Shown here: piece after piece, positions 1 through 13,400 of the stretch
How positions within the stretch are numbered: the first letter of the stretch is position 1
Layout: each line of letters begins with the position of its first letter
From: Azolla caroliniana
Taxonomy: Eukaryota > Plantae > Polypodiophyta
Direction: 5' to 3'
Assembly: GCA_043228905.1 (NCBI GenBank)
Contig: JBHGNT010000014.1
Location: 11,222,001-11,286,000, forward strand
Length of the DNA stretch: 64,000 nucleotides
Position numbers and translations under genes: made by a program
Notes under the pieces: model-generated
What the model saw: the letters and a program-made list of their open reading frames with translations, nothing else
Told to the model about the DNA's origin: nothing
Databases searched by the model: none

Positions 1-2376
1 GTAAAATGCCGCAATTTCGTCCATATCTTTCATGATATCCTCTTGGATATTGTCAATATCCTTTTGTGCCATTTTAAAAAAACCTGCACCTTGGACCTGA
101 CGGTTATTTTTGTCGGCACGCAATAACTGTAATTCCGCCGCTTGTGCCGTCCATAACTTCCATCCTTGCGCAAGGGATTCATCGATCATTTTCTTTGCTA
201 GGTTTCGATGTTTCCCTATGATGTGCTGCACTTTGTCCCTAGTGATGCTTGCGACGTATTGGGCGGTTTGCAACTCTTTCCGTAAATCCGTAATAGTGGC
301 TCGGTTTTCACTTTCAGCTCGCATTAGTTTGGATTCGACTACATATATGTCCAGCCGTCTTTGTTCCGATATCTTCCGAATTTCGTCCAGTTGTTGTTCG
401 AATGCCGATTTCTCTTTGCTCCATTCCTCCTGTTGTTCCGTAATTCTTCTGTTGACTTCTTCAAGACTCCGCTCTTTTTCTGTCAATTGACTTTCTTGTG
501 ACACTATATACCTTTCGAATTCTTCAATTTGTTCGGTATATGTATGATTGGCCGTCTTAGCTTCTTCTAGATTTTTCTGTAATTCGTTTATTAATTGATT
601 TTTTTCTTCGAGAACTTTGTATTGACCATTCTGAATGGTTTCTATTTGTTTTTCTAATTCTGTAGTTCGAAATACAGCATTGTTGGCCCTTGTTGTTTCT
701 GCTTGACGTGCTTTTTCAGCGTCCTCCAATTTCTGCTGCCATTCTGACTCTGACGCCATAGGCCGTGCCTGCGTTTCCCATTTGTTTAGACTTTCTTTTA
801 GTTCTTTATTTTCTGCTTGTATTTTACAAAACTGATGTTTCAGCACCTCCGCCGATGCTGATACACTTTTGTATCTTTCAGCCATATCACTGGCTGCTTT
901 GCGTGCCGTTTCATATTCTTTATGAATTTCGACCAGTGCTTCATGTAATGGTGGCATTTCAATAGCCTCTCCTCTATTCTGTGCATTTCTTTTCCGGCCG
1001 ATTTTCTCTATCTCTACTTTTTCTTGAGGTTCCAACACTCCTCGTAAGGCTTTCTGTATCATTATTCGGTCATTATGTTCTTGAGCCAGCCGTTCTGATA
1101 CTTCTGTCAGTCTTTTAGCCAACCATTCAATCAGTTCGTATGAAGTTCCGAACTGTAAAATGGCAGCTAATTCATGTGCTGCTGGTGGAATATCCAAGTA
1201 CCCATGTGCTTCCCGAATTGCTACTTTTGAAGATTGTCCTTGTTGAGGTTGTGTCGAAACGCTCTCATTCCCTGGTTTTATTACTTCTGCTACTACAGGC
1301 GTATTCGAATTTTCCTTTGTGCGTTGCCTTTTCGGTGCTGACCCCTCACTGTTTTCTGGTTGGAATTGCCGATTAGCCTTTTGTTTAATCCTTGTCCTTT
1401 GTCGCATCTTCTCTGCTTGTTGTCGATTTTCTGTCGGCTGTTGCTTGTTTATCAAATTGTCAACTGTTTCTTGTTCGGCTGCTGGTTGCCTGTTTTCGGA
1501 ATTCTCTGGTCTTGGTGGTTCCGACTGAGGCATATTCGATTGTATATTATCGGCATGTGCTGATTCTTCCTCTATCCATTCTTCATGTACTACCTGTCGG
1601 TGTCTTCGCGGTGCTTGTACTATCGGTGGTCTTCTTGACTGAACAGGAGTTTTCGATTCTTGAATCGGAAACAATACCGATAGCCAACGACCAAAAATTT
1701 GCTTCATCGGTTTTCCTGTTTTTACCCCTTGTAGCTGCTCTCTCAGAGCTTCCCCCGACAATAGTGGCCAGTTGAAATCCTCTTTTTCGTATGCGGCTAT
1801 GATAAACCCAGCCCTTTTTTTCGGCATACAATAAAAACGAGGACTGACAAATCCCACCTCTAATAAAAATCTAGCCACTTCATGGAAAAACTCATCCCGA
1901 CCTCCATAAGTCTGATATGCTTTTGCCTAGGGTGAGTATTCCCCGAAATACGATTGGAGTGCTTCTGATGAAGGTTTTTTAACTGCCTCAAAGCCTCCTC
2001 TTGGCATCTGTAATGCATTTCGTATTTTCTTTGTGGTGACCTTGGTGATGTCTATTTGTTGTACCAATTCTTCCGCCTGCGGATGAGGTTCCGCTTCTGC
2101 TACTTTGATGAAACCTTGTAAGTTTCTCTCATGAAGCCACAGTCGCAGTTCTTCAGACACAGGAATCGGCATGACTTCTGTGTTTGCTTGTTCTGAATCA
2201 CTTGTCGATGACGGTTGGAGATCTGCACAGCTTCTGTAGCGATGAAAATCAGAAAAACAGAGTTTGGGCGAACTAGGGCACGAAGGCTCAGACTGTTTCG
2301 ATATCTGCACTCGTTTCTGTTGTTTTGGCGACACAGAAGATACAGAAATATGCTTTAAAGATATTAACTTATGCAT
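1..2376 (-). pseudogene. Extra ORF downstream of pol in family A (conserved N-terminal domain plus low-complexity/coiled-coil region), disrupted
   Basis: ORF 1927-2376 (LQGFIKVAEAEPH...YFGEYS) is similar to the family-B extra ORF (LEGFLTIMEAAPH...YFGEYS); continues through stops into K/Q/E-rich sequence. Confidence 0.75.
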
Positions 2377-2479
2377 TATGACTAAAGAATAGTAATTGCT
2401 ATTAATGTAGGAATTAATTACTATTAACTCTACGTGTAGTGGTTGTACTACTTACTAATAATCATGCAATTCCTCTTTC

Positions 2480-2487
2480 TATTTATA
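2480..2487 (-). promoter_or_regulatory. Candidate internal TATA box for the extra ORF
   Basis: GACTATAAATAGAAAGAGG on minus, between the pol stop/poly-A run and the extra ORF. Confidence 0.4.
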
Positions 2488-2581
2488 GTCGATTCAGACT
2501 GTTATGGCAAGATTGTATTTCTGCATTTGACAAGAACTATTGAGTGAGTTAGTTAGTTAGCTTTTTTTTTTTTTTTTTTTT

Positions 2582-5500
2582 TTACTCTTCCGTTTGAATA
2601 AACGGATTTACCGGCATATCTCCCAAATACGGTTTAAGCCGGAATCCATTTACCCATTTCGATAAAACCTCTCCGGTTAATGATCCCAGCTGATACGTAC
2701 CATTTTTACTATTAATTATCCATACTGGACCTGTCCATCTATACCGGAGTTTCCCAGGCATAAGTCCCATTCTCGTTTGGAATACCAATACCGGTTTCCC
2801 GATTTCGAATTGCTCTTCCGATTTCCTTCGATGTCGATTTACGAATGCCTTGATTTGTCTCTGCTTGTGTTCTAGTGCTGACATTGATTGAATCCGTTCT
2901 TCTTCTAATACTAATAAAGCCTCTTTGCGTATCTGCTCCGATTCTATTTCATTTAACTTATTCGTCGCTTGGATACGAAGTGTCGGAATTTGAAATTCGA
3001 TCGGCATAATGGCTTCAAGTCCGAATGCCATTCGGAAAGGTGTTGATTTAATGGATGTTTTGTACGAAGTACGATATGCCCATAATGCACTATTTAACTT
3101 TTGATCCCAATCAGTACGATTTTCATTCACTATCTTCTTTAAAATTGTTTGAATTGTTTTATTTGTTGATTCTGCCAATCCATTAGCTTGGGGATAGTAA
3201 GGCGTACTTTTCTTATGAACTACGGCATAGTAATTGGTTAATTCGTTAATTAACTTGTTAATAAAATGAGTGCCTTGATCGCTTACCAATTCTATTGGGC
3301 AACCGAATCGACACCATATATTTTCATACAGGAATTTTGTTGTGGATGCTGCTGTATTGTCCCTCAGAGCTTTTGCTTCAACCCATTTTGTGCAATAGTC
3401 AGTCGCAATTATGATATATCGATTACCGGTTCTTGCAGCTGCTGGTTTGAATGGGCCAACAAAATCTAAGCCCCATTTCTGAAATGGCTCAAGAGGTAAA
3501 ACCGGTTGAAAAGGCATTCGATCCTTTTCGGTCGGTTGCCCCATTCTTTGACACAAATCGCATTTCGTACAGTATTCGTTAGCATCTTTCATCACCGTTG
3601 GCCACCATAACCCGCTATTCCATATTTTTCTGGCTGTTGCTTCTCCTGCGTAATGACCGCCAACAATTCCACAATGTGACTCTGTTAATATGGCTGATTT
3701 TTCAAATTTCCGTACTGCCCTTCGCCATATTCCATCCGCTCCTTTATGATACAACATGTCATTAAACAAACAAAAATTTCGACTTCATACTGCAATTCTT
3801 TTTCTTTCATCTGTCGACATGTGTTCGGCCGGAATTCCTGTTGATAGAAATATCGTCATTTCGGAAATCTATTCATCCTCTTTTTCCTCATTCACTTATT
3901 GTGCTTTTACTGCCTCAACCCGAAATAATTGAGTATCTAGAAAATCATCTTTAACCCCAACCGCTTCTTCTCCAGACTCAAGTCGACTGAGATAGTCAGC
4001 AATCGCGTGCTGTGCTCCTGGTCGATGTATAATGTCGAATTCAAACTCTTGAAGCAATAACGTCCATCTGGCTAACTTGCCTGTCAATTCTTGTTTGGAA
4101 ACTAGATACAGTAGAGCCGAATGATCCACATGAAATGTAAATTTCTTACCCAAAAGGTAATGTCGAAATTTGTTCACACTATATATCATTCCCAAAGCTT
4201 CTCTTTCGGTTGTTGAATAGTTTCTTTCGGCCGACGAAAGTTTCCTACTGGCATAGTATACCGGCCTATACCAGTTTGGTTCGGATAATTGCATTAAAGC
4301 ACTGCCTATGGCAATGTCCGACGCATCGACGAAAACATGAAATGGTTTGTTCCAGTCCGGTGGTTGGACTACCGGAACCTTTATCAGCATCTTCTTGAGA
4401 CATTCGTATGCATCTTGTTCTATACTTGTCCATATAAAAGGAACTTTGTGTACTGCTATGTGTAACGGAATAGCAATGTCTGCTAGATATCTCATCATTC
4501 TACTGTGCCACCAAATTTGACCCGAAAATCTACTTAGAGCTTTAGCATTTGTTGGTGGTGTTGCCTCAATAATTGCTTTAACTTTGTCTAGGTCCACTAC
4601 AATCCCTTCTTGACTGACAATATGCCCAAGTAACGTACCACTCATTACTCCGAATGCGCATTTGGCTGGATTTAAGCTAAGACGCCCTTTTCGACATTTT
4701 TCTAAACATAGCCGTAAATGCTCAAAATGATCAGCTTTCCGACTATATACCGCAAAATCATCTAAAAACACTTGCATGAAAGCTGGAATATATTCCCCGA
4801 ATATTTCCTGTATTACCCGCTGAAATGTAGCTGGAGCTGTTTTTAAACCGAACATCATTACTACTGCCACAAAGACACCCCATTCTGTGACGAAAGCTGT
4901 CTTTTCCTGATCTTCCGGATTCATCCGTACTTGGTTGTACCCACTGAACCCACCCAAGAAACTATAAATTTCATGTCCAGCTACTGCATCTAATATCCCA
5001 TCTGTGAATGGCAACGGAAACGCATCCGTAATTGTCGCTGCATTCAATTTTCTGTAATCCACACATACGCGAATTTTCCCATTCTTTTTCGGGACTACTA
5101 CTATCGGACTCAGCCATGTTGATTTTTTGACGGGTCGAATAAATCCTACTTTTAAGAGTTTATCGATTTCTTCTTTTACTTTGATAGCATAATTCGGATT
5201 CAACCTGTACCTGCGTTGTTGTATTGGCTTTGCATCTTTATGCAAATTGATTTGATGTTGACAAAAAGCGGGATCCAAACCTTTCATATCGTCAAACGAC
5301 CATGCAAAAACATCTTTATATTGTAATAGTAATGTTGTTAATGTCCGTTTGTCATTTTCCGCCAAATCTCTAGCAATCAAGACTGTTTTTCTTTCAACAT
5401 CCTCTACTCCTGCCAAATCGATCTCCTCCAATGCTGAGGCTTGCACTCTCTGAGATACCTTCATTTCCTTATCTGTAGCTTCTTGTTGCATTCGTATTTC

Positions 5501-8074
5501 TTTCATTGTTTGCTCATCTATTGGCACTTCTTCGTGTGAGTCTACATATGGTGTTAATGCTTGCAAAATATCTACCTCAAATAGAGGGATGATTTTCTGA
5601 TTATCATTGAAATACTAACTTTCTTCTTCCTCGTCCAATCCTTCCATCATATTAACTGCTTCTGCATGTACAGGTAAACTCTGTTTGCTTGTTGTCACTT
5701 TGTTGTGCGTCGGAATCCTGACCTTAGTTTTTCCTTTCCTAAATGTTAGCACATTTTGTTTCCAATTTTGTTTAATATTAGTTGTCTTTAACCATGGTCT
5801 CCCCAATAACAAGGGGTATGCTCCCTGTGTTTCTAACTGCAAAATTACTGCCGAAATCTGAAAACTGTGTCCCCCGATTATTACATCCAGTTGTCGAAGC
5901 AAACCAATCGGGCGTACCGTACTTGTATCTGCCATTCGTAACCAAAACGGACATGCTTCCCATTCCGTGATTCCCAGTTTTTCACATGTAGCTTTGTTAA
6001 TCACATTAACTCCCGAGCCTCCATCTATAATCACATTTCCAATTTCTTGCCCGTAAAGTATTACCTTGATCGACGGATTCTGTTCATCCATGATCGAAGG
6101 GTTATTACTTGGCTGATTGTAGTGTACTGCTATTTATTCGGAACCTTTATATGCAATTAATGCTGCCACTTTTTCTGTAAACCTTGGTACTAACTTAAGT
6201 AAGCCCATAAGTGGCAATGACACTTGGCAATCAGCCAACAGTTTCCAAGTTTCTTCCTGTTCCTTATTCCCCAATGACTGTTGTACAACGATGTTCTGGT
6301 CAATGTTATTGTCTTGTAACATTCGATTCACATTACTTTGATTTGCTTCGTCAATCCATTCTTTTGCCGCCTTCCGAACTTCTTCCTGAATTTCCCACTC
6401 TGATTGTTTGCTTTTGCTGCGTGTCGTTACTTGCTGAACTTCCGGTATTACCATATTAACTGCTGGACCCTTTCCTTTAACCGGACATTGATTAGCATAA
6501 TGGCCTAGTTGTCGACAAATATAACAAGTGGGTACAAATGTTGCACTGGTCTCTCCATGTGCAAATTGGCCGTTATTAAATTGCTGCTCTTCATTACCAC
6601 TCGGGTTTTGTTGGTATTGACGTGTAGCTTTTGGTTTGTAAAATCTCTTATTTTTATACCGATTCTCCCTAAATTGTTCAGTATTATCATTTGGTTGTGC
6701 TACATTTTGTGTTATCCCGAACTCCTGATTTGGCGGAAAATTATTCTGTTGAAACATTTGATTATTTTGTGGAACGGTTTGAGTATTATGTTGAAAGGTC
6801 ATATTACCCGGTTGAAATGCCGGATTTGGTTGAAATGTAGAATTCGGTTGCACATTCGGACAGTTCTGTTGAAACCCTTGAAATGGTGGGTTACCTTGTT
6901 GGAAACTTTGATTATTTTGTTGAAAATATTGATTCGGATTCTATACGAATGGTGGGTTGGATTGAGCAAAACCTGGTTGAAATGCTTGAGTCACTTGAGT
7001 AGGTTGCATATTTTGTTGTGAAAAGATCTGATTTGGCTGTAGAACCGGATTTTGTTGTACATTTTGCTGATTTTGTGAAAAATTATTATTTTGATAACCA
7101 TTGAACAGATTAGTGTTAGTTTGGTAACCATTGTCAGTAAAAATTTGTCGTACTGACGCCGTAGTCTTATTAAGCAGATTATATTCACATTGTTCTACTG
7201 AATGTAATTTTGAATGACATATTGTACAATGTGTTCTTAACGTACATTCAATTGCCGAATGCCCTGTATTTAAACAAGTGGTGCATTGAATTGCTTGTCG
7301 AAATTGTAACTCCTCTATTGTCGGTAATGTACGGTGTAATGCCGACATGTCCATACTCTGAACATTGACCGGTGGTCGACCCATTTCTATTGCTTTATCA
7401 ATTACTTGTTCGATAGTCTGATTTCGAAAATCGAACACTTTCAATGTTGTCCTTAATGGTTCTTTTACAGCTTCCAGAAAGACTTCTTTTAATTCATTAT
7501 CCGGAATCGGCCTTGAAATCTGAAGCTGTAAGTTCTGAAATCTTATCACAAACTGAGATACTGTTTCATTTTTTTCTTGATATAACGCATAAAATTGCGC
7601 AATCAAATCCTTCTGCGGAATTTGTTGATGAAATAATTGTAAAAATTTACTAGTTAACACTTCAAAGGATGGAAATCCTTGAAGACCGTTCTGCGCAAAC
7701 CAATTGGCAGAATATCCGTCTAATGATAAGACGAACTCAACGATTTTTGACTTATCTTCGGCATCTGCCGACAATCGCTGAGCTCCATGGTTAATCTCCC
7801 ATGTCGTTAAGAAATCCCTAACATGTGTTTCCGCATCTGATCCTTCCCGGAACTTAGAATAAGTATAAGGCATATCGTCCCAAATGTCGTAAAACGATAC
7901 CTCTTCTGTCTGTTTTTCGTCTGAAGGTAATTGATTGGATAAGTCAGGAAGTTTCGACCACTTTGTGCTTGATTCCGGCTGTTCTTGCGCAATGAACGCT
8001 TCCTGCACTGCCTTCGTAACTGACCTTGTACGAGGGCGCTTACAACTGACCGGTGTCTCCTCTTTATACGACAT
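2582..8074 (-). pseudogene. gag-pol: gag-pol of family A, with a few stops/frameshifts
   Basis: Gag 6941-8074 with CCHC knuckles; third knuckle CYICRQLGHYANQC; protease VIIDGGSG (5615-6091); RT FLDD and RNase H DASD (3896-5566); integrase HHCC and DDE (2582-3769); no chromodomain. Confidence 0.93.
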
Positions 8075-8110
8075 CCATTCGATTTGTTCTCTGCTTAATT
8101 GCAGATGTAA

Positions 8111-8122
8111 CCGGGCGTGCCA
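8111..8122 (-). other. Primer-binding site, tRNA-Arg type (TGGCACGCCCGG)
   Basis: 11 nt inside the 5' LTR edge; matches the plant tRNA-Arg(UCU) 3' end as recalled. Confidence 0.75.
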
Positions 8123-8133
8123 AAATTCTTCTG

Positions 8134-8590
8134 TGTTAATCGGCTAATTACTAACTACTACCGATATAGAAGAGTGAACGTCGCTACTCAACGTTCTAAC
8201 AAGGAATTGTGTTTTACGAACGGAATTATACTATATTAATCGGTAATTACCGTGATTGTTACTTAGTTATAAATTAGGAAGCTTGCACTTAACAACATAG
8301 ACAATAGAAAGAACACAGAATCCGTACAGGATATTCCTAACTTAAACTTATATTACTAAATAAAACGACCTTTCTTACAATGTCTTCGGTTCCCTTTTAT
8401 AGGTATACCGAAGGTCTTTTCTCATCAAGAACTATTCCTACTTACTATCAAGAATTACAAAATTATCTAACTAACTTAGTTCTCTTTGTTCACTGCTGAG
8501 TCATTGATCCGAACAGTCGATCCGAACCGACTCCGTTTTCGACGCTTTCCCACTTGTTCGGTAAAACTGACTGTCCGGGTCCGGGTAACA
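8134..8590 (-). repeat. 5' LTR of family A
   Basis: TG...CA termini with inverted TGTTA/TAACA; CTATAAAAGGG TATA on minus near 8392-8402; PBS adjacent. Confidence 0.88.
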
Positions 8591-9941
8591 TCTGGGTGCA
8601 TTCTAATTTGATTATAGCTACTGAACCCATCGAGGAAACTGTAGCATTCATGACCAGCCACCGTGTCGAGGATACTATCCGTGAATGGGAGAGGAAACCC
8701 ATCCGTCACTGTCGCAACATTGAGTTTGCGGTAATCAACGCAAATACGGATTTTCCCATTTTTCTTGGGGACCACGACGATTGGGCTTTAACCATGTGGC
8801 TCTTTTTACTAGGCATATAAACCCTACTTGAAGGAGTTTGTCGATTTCCTCTTTGACCTTAGCCGCGTAGTTGGGGTTCATACGGTACCGTCGTTGTTGG
8901 ACCGGCCGAGTGTCAGGTAGGAGGTGTACTTGGTGTTGGTAATATTGGGGATCCAATCCCTTCATATTAGTGTAAGACCATGCGAATACATCCTGATACT
9001 CCGTGAGTAGGCGTATCAGGGCTGATCGTTCGTCGACTGGTAAGTTGTTAGCGATTTGTAGTGTACGCGGGTTCTCGTTAGAGCTGAGGTTCAGTGACTT
9101 GAGCCTTGATGCTTTGACTTGCTGGGAGATGGCGAGTTCTCATTCAAACGCGTCCCGAGCTTGTCGTAATTCCGCAATACTGTTGGAATCGGCCTCGTCC
9201 TGGGGAAGTGAATCTGCCGTGACATCCTCGTTCAGTGGTGTGCCAAAGGCCGAGATGACGTTTATTTCGAAGAGGGGTATGATAGTGGGATGATCTTTAA
9301 GGGTGTGGTGTTGTGGGGCGTCGTTAGGCATTCTTCTGTTATTACCCATACCTTGGTCTTCCCCCGGCGGAAAGAGATCATATTTCGCTGCCAATGTTGC
9401 TTAATATTTGTTGTGCATAGCTAGGGTCAGCCAAGCACCATTGGGTAGGCGCCCGGAGCTTCGCGGCATAACACGACGGCCGAGATAGTGAACATATGGC
9501 CTCCTAACATGAAGTCGAGGTGGCAAATTAACCCTATGGGGCAAACCGATCGCATATCGGCCATCCAAAGCCAAAAGGGGCAAGGTTCCCATTGGTTCAG
9601 ACCGAGTCTGTGACATATGGCCTCGCTGATGACGTTCACGCCGGAGCCACCATTGATTATGCATCCATGAAGGTCACATCCCTTAAGCATAATTTTCACG
9701 GCTGCATTTTGGGAATCCATGATGGGTGGGCCCATCCTTGGCTTTGCCAGGTTAACAGGGGTTGCGGCCGATTTGTCGTTAGTCATGACCGTAGCCAAGG
9801 TATCCCGAAAGCGCGACATGAGCAGTAAAGTTTATGCAATGGTAGCGAGATCCTAGAACTAGTAAGGGCTTCCCACAGATGGTCATCTTTTGCCGCGGTG
9901 GATGGTCCTGCGGGCTGTGGTGCGCCGATGGTCATGTCCTG
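8591..9941 (-). pseudogene. pol: Protease/RT fragment of Gypsy element C (continues from 26935)
   Basis: IINGGSGVNVI, WEPCPFW, YRMNPNYAAKVKEEIDKLL, DYRKLN motifs, heavily frameshifted. Confidence 0.88.
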
Positions 9942-9946
9942 CATCT

Positions 9947-10405
9947 TGTTACCCGGCCGACAAAGGAGCTAAGGACGCCAAGACTAGGGTGTGAAAAGGG
10001 GAATTGTTATTTGGGAATCTGTTGTAATTACTACTCTTAATATATTAATATATGAGGAAATGTGGATGAACAGATTGGAATTGGTATGCCGATCCGGATC
10101 CGGACCGATTCCGAATAGGTGCCGGTTGGCACCGTTTTGTACTTCGCACCGGTGACCTATATAAAGGCCCGGTTACAATGTAGTCATTAACGGAGAGTAA
10201 TATAAAACTTTTGTTTAATCATTGAGTATTGTTCACCGTTCTATGCTTATTGTATATCTTACGCGTGTTAATGACGTATTGCTAAGTAATCGATTAAGGT
10301 CCAATTAAGCGTTGTGTTGTAAGTTATCTCGTCGTAACACCCTTTGGTGAAGTGTCTTAAGTGGACACCTTGTGTTAGGCTGCTGTCCGGCCCTAAGGAT
10401 TAACA
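9947..10405 (+). repeat. 5' LTR of B1
   Basis: TGTTAC...TAACA; CTATATAAAG TATA near 10157; highly similar to 26471-26929. Confidence 0.95.
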
Positions 10406-10455
10406 TAGTTTTTGGGACCACGATTCCTGCACAATCGTAGTGAACAGCGGCAGGA

Positions 10456-13400
10456 ATGGATGACTAGGCCAACAGATGACCCGGTTACGGAGAGAGCACA
10501 AAGACTTGCTGAACGGCGAAGGCGGTGAGAGGCTTTCCAGCAAGCGGCGGAAGAAATCCGATCGAATCGATCATTTTCCAAAGTTATCCAGAAAGTGGCG
10601 GAGGAGTCGCTCCGTCTGCAACGAAACGCCTACCCGAACGACAGAAGCAACTTAAGTAGTCTCCGGGAAGCGGAATCCCTTCTCCATGCCTTGGCCGGAA
10701 GAGACGGCGAATCCGAAGCATTTTCGGCGCTGGAATCAGATTCAGAAGGGGTTACAGCGTGCACACGAACTATTGCAGCAGTAACGACACCCCAGGAGGA
10801 CCTAAGGACAAGGAGTCGGATACATTTCCGACACCGGAACAAGAATTGTCAGTCCGGGAACCTCCGGCACTAGACGTGGAGCAACCTCCGAAGATGAAAG
10901 AGGACAAAGAAAGACCTCCGACACCGGAAGTCGAGCCTGCAACACCGAAGGAGGACCGGCAAAGACCTCCGACTCCGACAGAGGACCAGCAACGACCTCC
11001 GATGGAGACGGAAGAGCAGGAAAGACCACCGACACCGCGAGCTTGTGCACCGACACCGGACGACGACATGTCGTTCCAGTACCCCAAGTATAGGGATGAC
11101 CCGGACGCGGAGGCTCATGTTCACGCTTTTCAACAAACATGGGAGGCGAACCATGTGTCACAACGATTAACCACAACCGAAGAGGAATGATCTAAGATAG
11201 CCGAATTTGGCATGACATTGGAAGGACCGGACGCAGGACCCCAGCACCATCACCACCTTTGCGGACCTGAAAGCTAAATTCTTGCACTTCTTTAAGAAGG
11301 AGGTGGACCAGAGAGAAATGGTGGGCCTATTTTATACCATCCGGCAAGACCCTGGGGAGAGCATTCCGCAGTTTGTCATCCGGTTTCAACGGATGCACAA
11401 TTAGCTTACCCGAACACCTCCGGAGGAAGAAACACGGGCTATATTCTTAGCCGCGCTCCGGGAACCTCTACGTATGGTATGCACGGTCATCTACTTTCGC
11501 ACAAGTACCGTCGACCAGGTCATCGACTGGGTTAGAGAAATGGAGAAAACAAGCTCTTGGCTAACAATGGGAGCACTCCAACGAGCGTTACCAACCGATG
11601 AGGATCTCCGGTTTCAGCAAGCCATTCAATGCACAACATGCCTAGATGCCGGACACTCAGCAGTAGAATGTACCATGCGGTCACAATGTCTACTGTGCCA
11701 TTCCAGGAACCACACAATGGAGCAGTGCGAGTACAATTTGTTGAATCGCCAAGCACCACCGGTTCGGCAAATCAAACCACGGAGTACCAAGGAGGAGGAA
11801 GAAGAATGTTGGAGGCGAGAAGAGTGATACCGACCGGCACAGGATGTCCGGTACAAGGACAACTATGACTGGTATGATAGATATGATCGGTACCGGGATT
11901 ATAATGGACGGTATGAAAGATACAATCGGGACCAATCCCCCGGTTACAACCAACGACGAGAAGCCTACGGGAGACATGATGACCAACCCCGTCAAGAGTA
12001 TCGGAACAAAAAGAAACGCCATTTCAAGAAAAGGGGTTACCTACGGGAACCAGAGAAGGGCGCCTCAAGCAGCCAACTAGATCAAAGCCCCGCCGTTACC
12101 ACAGGTCCTCCACTGGGGGCAGGAAACAACGTCGAATCCAGCACTACCCGGAAAGCATATTGCTACTATCTCCGACAAGAAGGACATTATAGTAATCAAT
12201 GCCCGGCAAAGAGCTATGATAAACGATCGGCGGTGAACATGGTGGTCGCCGAAGTCGCAAACCCACAACAGGTAACCACAAGATCGAAGGGTAAGGCAAC
12301 GGAATGGGAGGCGCAAGAGGCCATCCGCAAGTAGGCAATGGAATGGGTAGAAAAGGCGAATGCGCGAAACATGGCAGAGCTTGCACAACAAAAGGAAAAT
12401 ACCGAAGAGCTCGCCGGAGGCAGTCAGCCCGAAAATGTGACATGGCAGGCATTGTAGGAATGCCAAATCATGCTGCCAATAGGATGGCTCCTGCAGCTAG
12501 TGCCCAGATTCACAGAAGGACTCAAGACAAGTATGATGGCAGGAGAAACACCACCAGCTCCAACATTCTTCTCAAATACGGAGGAGGGACCGGCGATAGT
12601 AGACACAAATAGTCTGGCAATCACAGCCATCGTGAATGGAAAGGAGTTACCCGGAACAGTAATAGATGGAGGATCCGGCGTCAATGTGATTAGCCTCCGA
12701 ACGTGCAAATCCTTGGGAATCCAAGAGTGGGAACCATGCCCGTTCTGGTTGCGGATGGCGGATACAAGCTCAGTGCGACCGATTGACTTGATACGAGATT
12801 TGGAAGTAACGATCGGGGCCACACATTTCGCATTTCGGCAGTAGTGCTACAACTACAGGCACAAGGAGCTCACCCACTATTGTTGGGGCGGCCGTGGTTG
12901 AAAACAGCGCACATTAAACAAAACTGGAGGAAGAATATAATCACCTTCCGGCAGGGAAAAGCAAAAGTACGGGTACCGACACAACCACGGGCGGGTACCG
13001 GGAAGGAATTGACACCCCTATATGCCGAATGTGTCAATATGCTGGACGGATTAGCAGACGAAGAGGTAGATCAATACTTGTAGGATAATCCGAAGATCGT
13101 AACTTTGTTCGAAATCGACGTAGCCGAAGCTGTATCACCATACATATTGCAACCGGACAGAGCCGACGAGGAACCAAATAAAGAAGTGATCGAGGAGCTA
13201 CGGTAAGCACAGGAGGTGCTGGAAAGAGAAATGGCCGTATTGCAACGGGTTAAAGCATCCCAACTACAGGAGGTAAATCTAGGAACTACAGAAGAGGCGA
13301 GACCGGTGCACATTGCCAAGGAAATCACTCCGGAGAACAAAACAACGATGATTACACTTCTCAAAGAATTTCGGGACATGTTTGTCTGGTCTTACGAGGA

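Larger units (their letters stand above)
1..8590 (-). mobile_element. Ty3/Gypsy non-chromovirus LTR retrotransposon, family A (3' end outside window), inserted into the RT of element C
   Basis: 5' LTR 8134-8590 (TGTTAC...TAACA on minus), PBS, gag-PR-RT-RH-INT order, extra ORF downstream; C's RT stops at YNQIRMHPD exactly at the LTR edge. Confidence 0.93.

Noticed and set aside
110-1775. Plus-strand short ORFs, and similar antisense ORFs elsewhere in the window
   Set aside because: Shadows of opposite-strand TE coding sequence with no recognisable motifs
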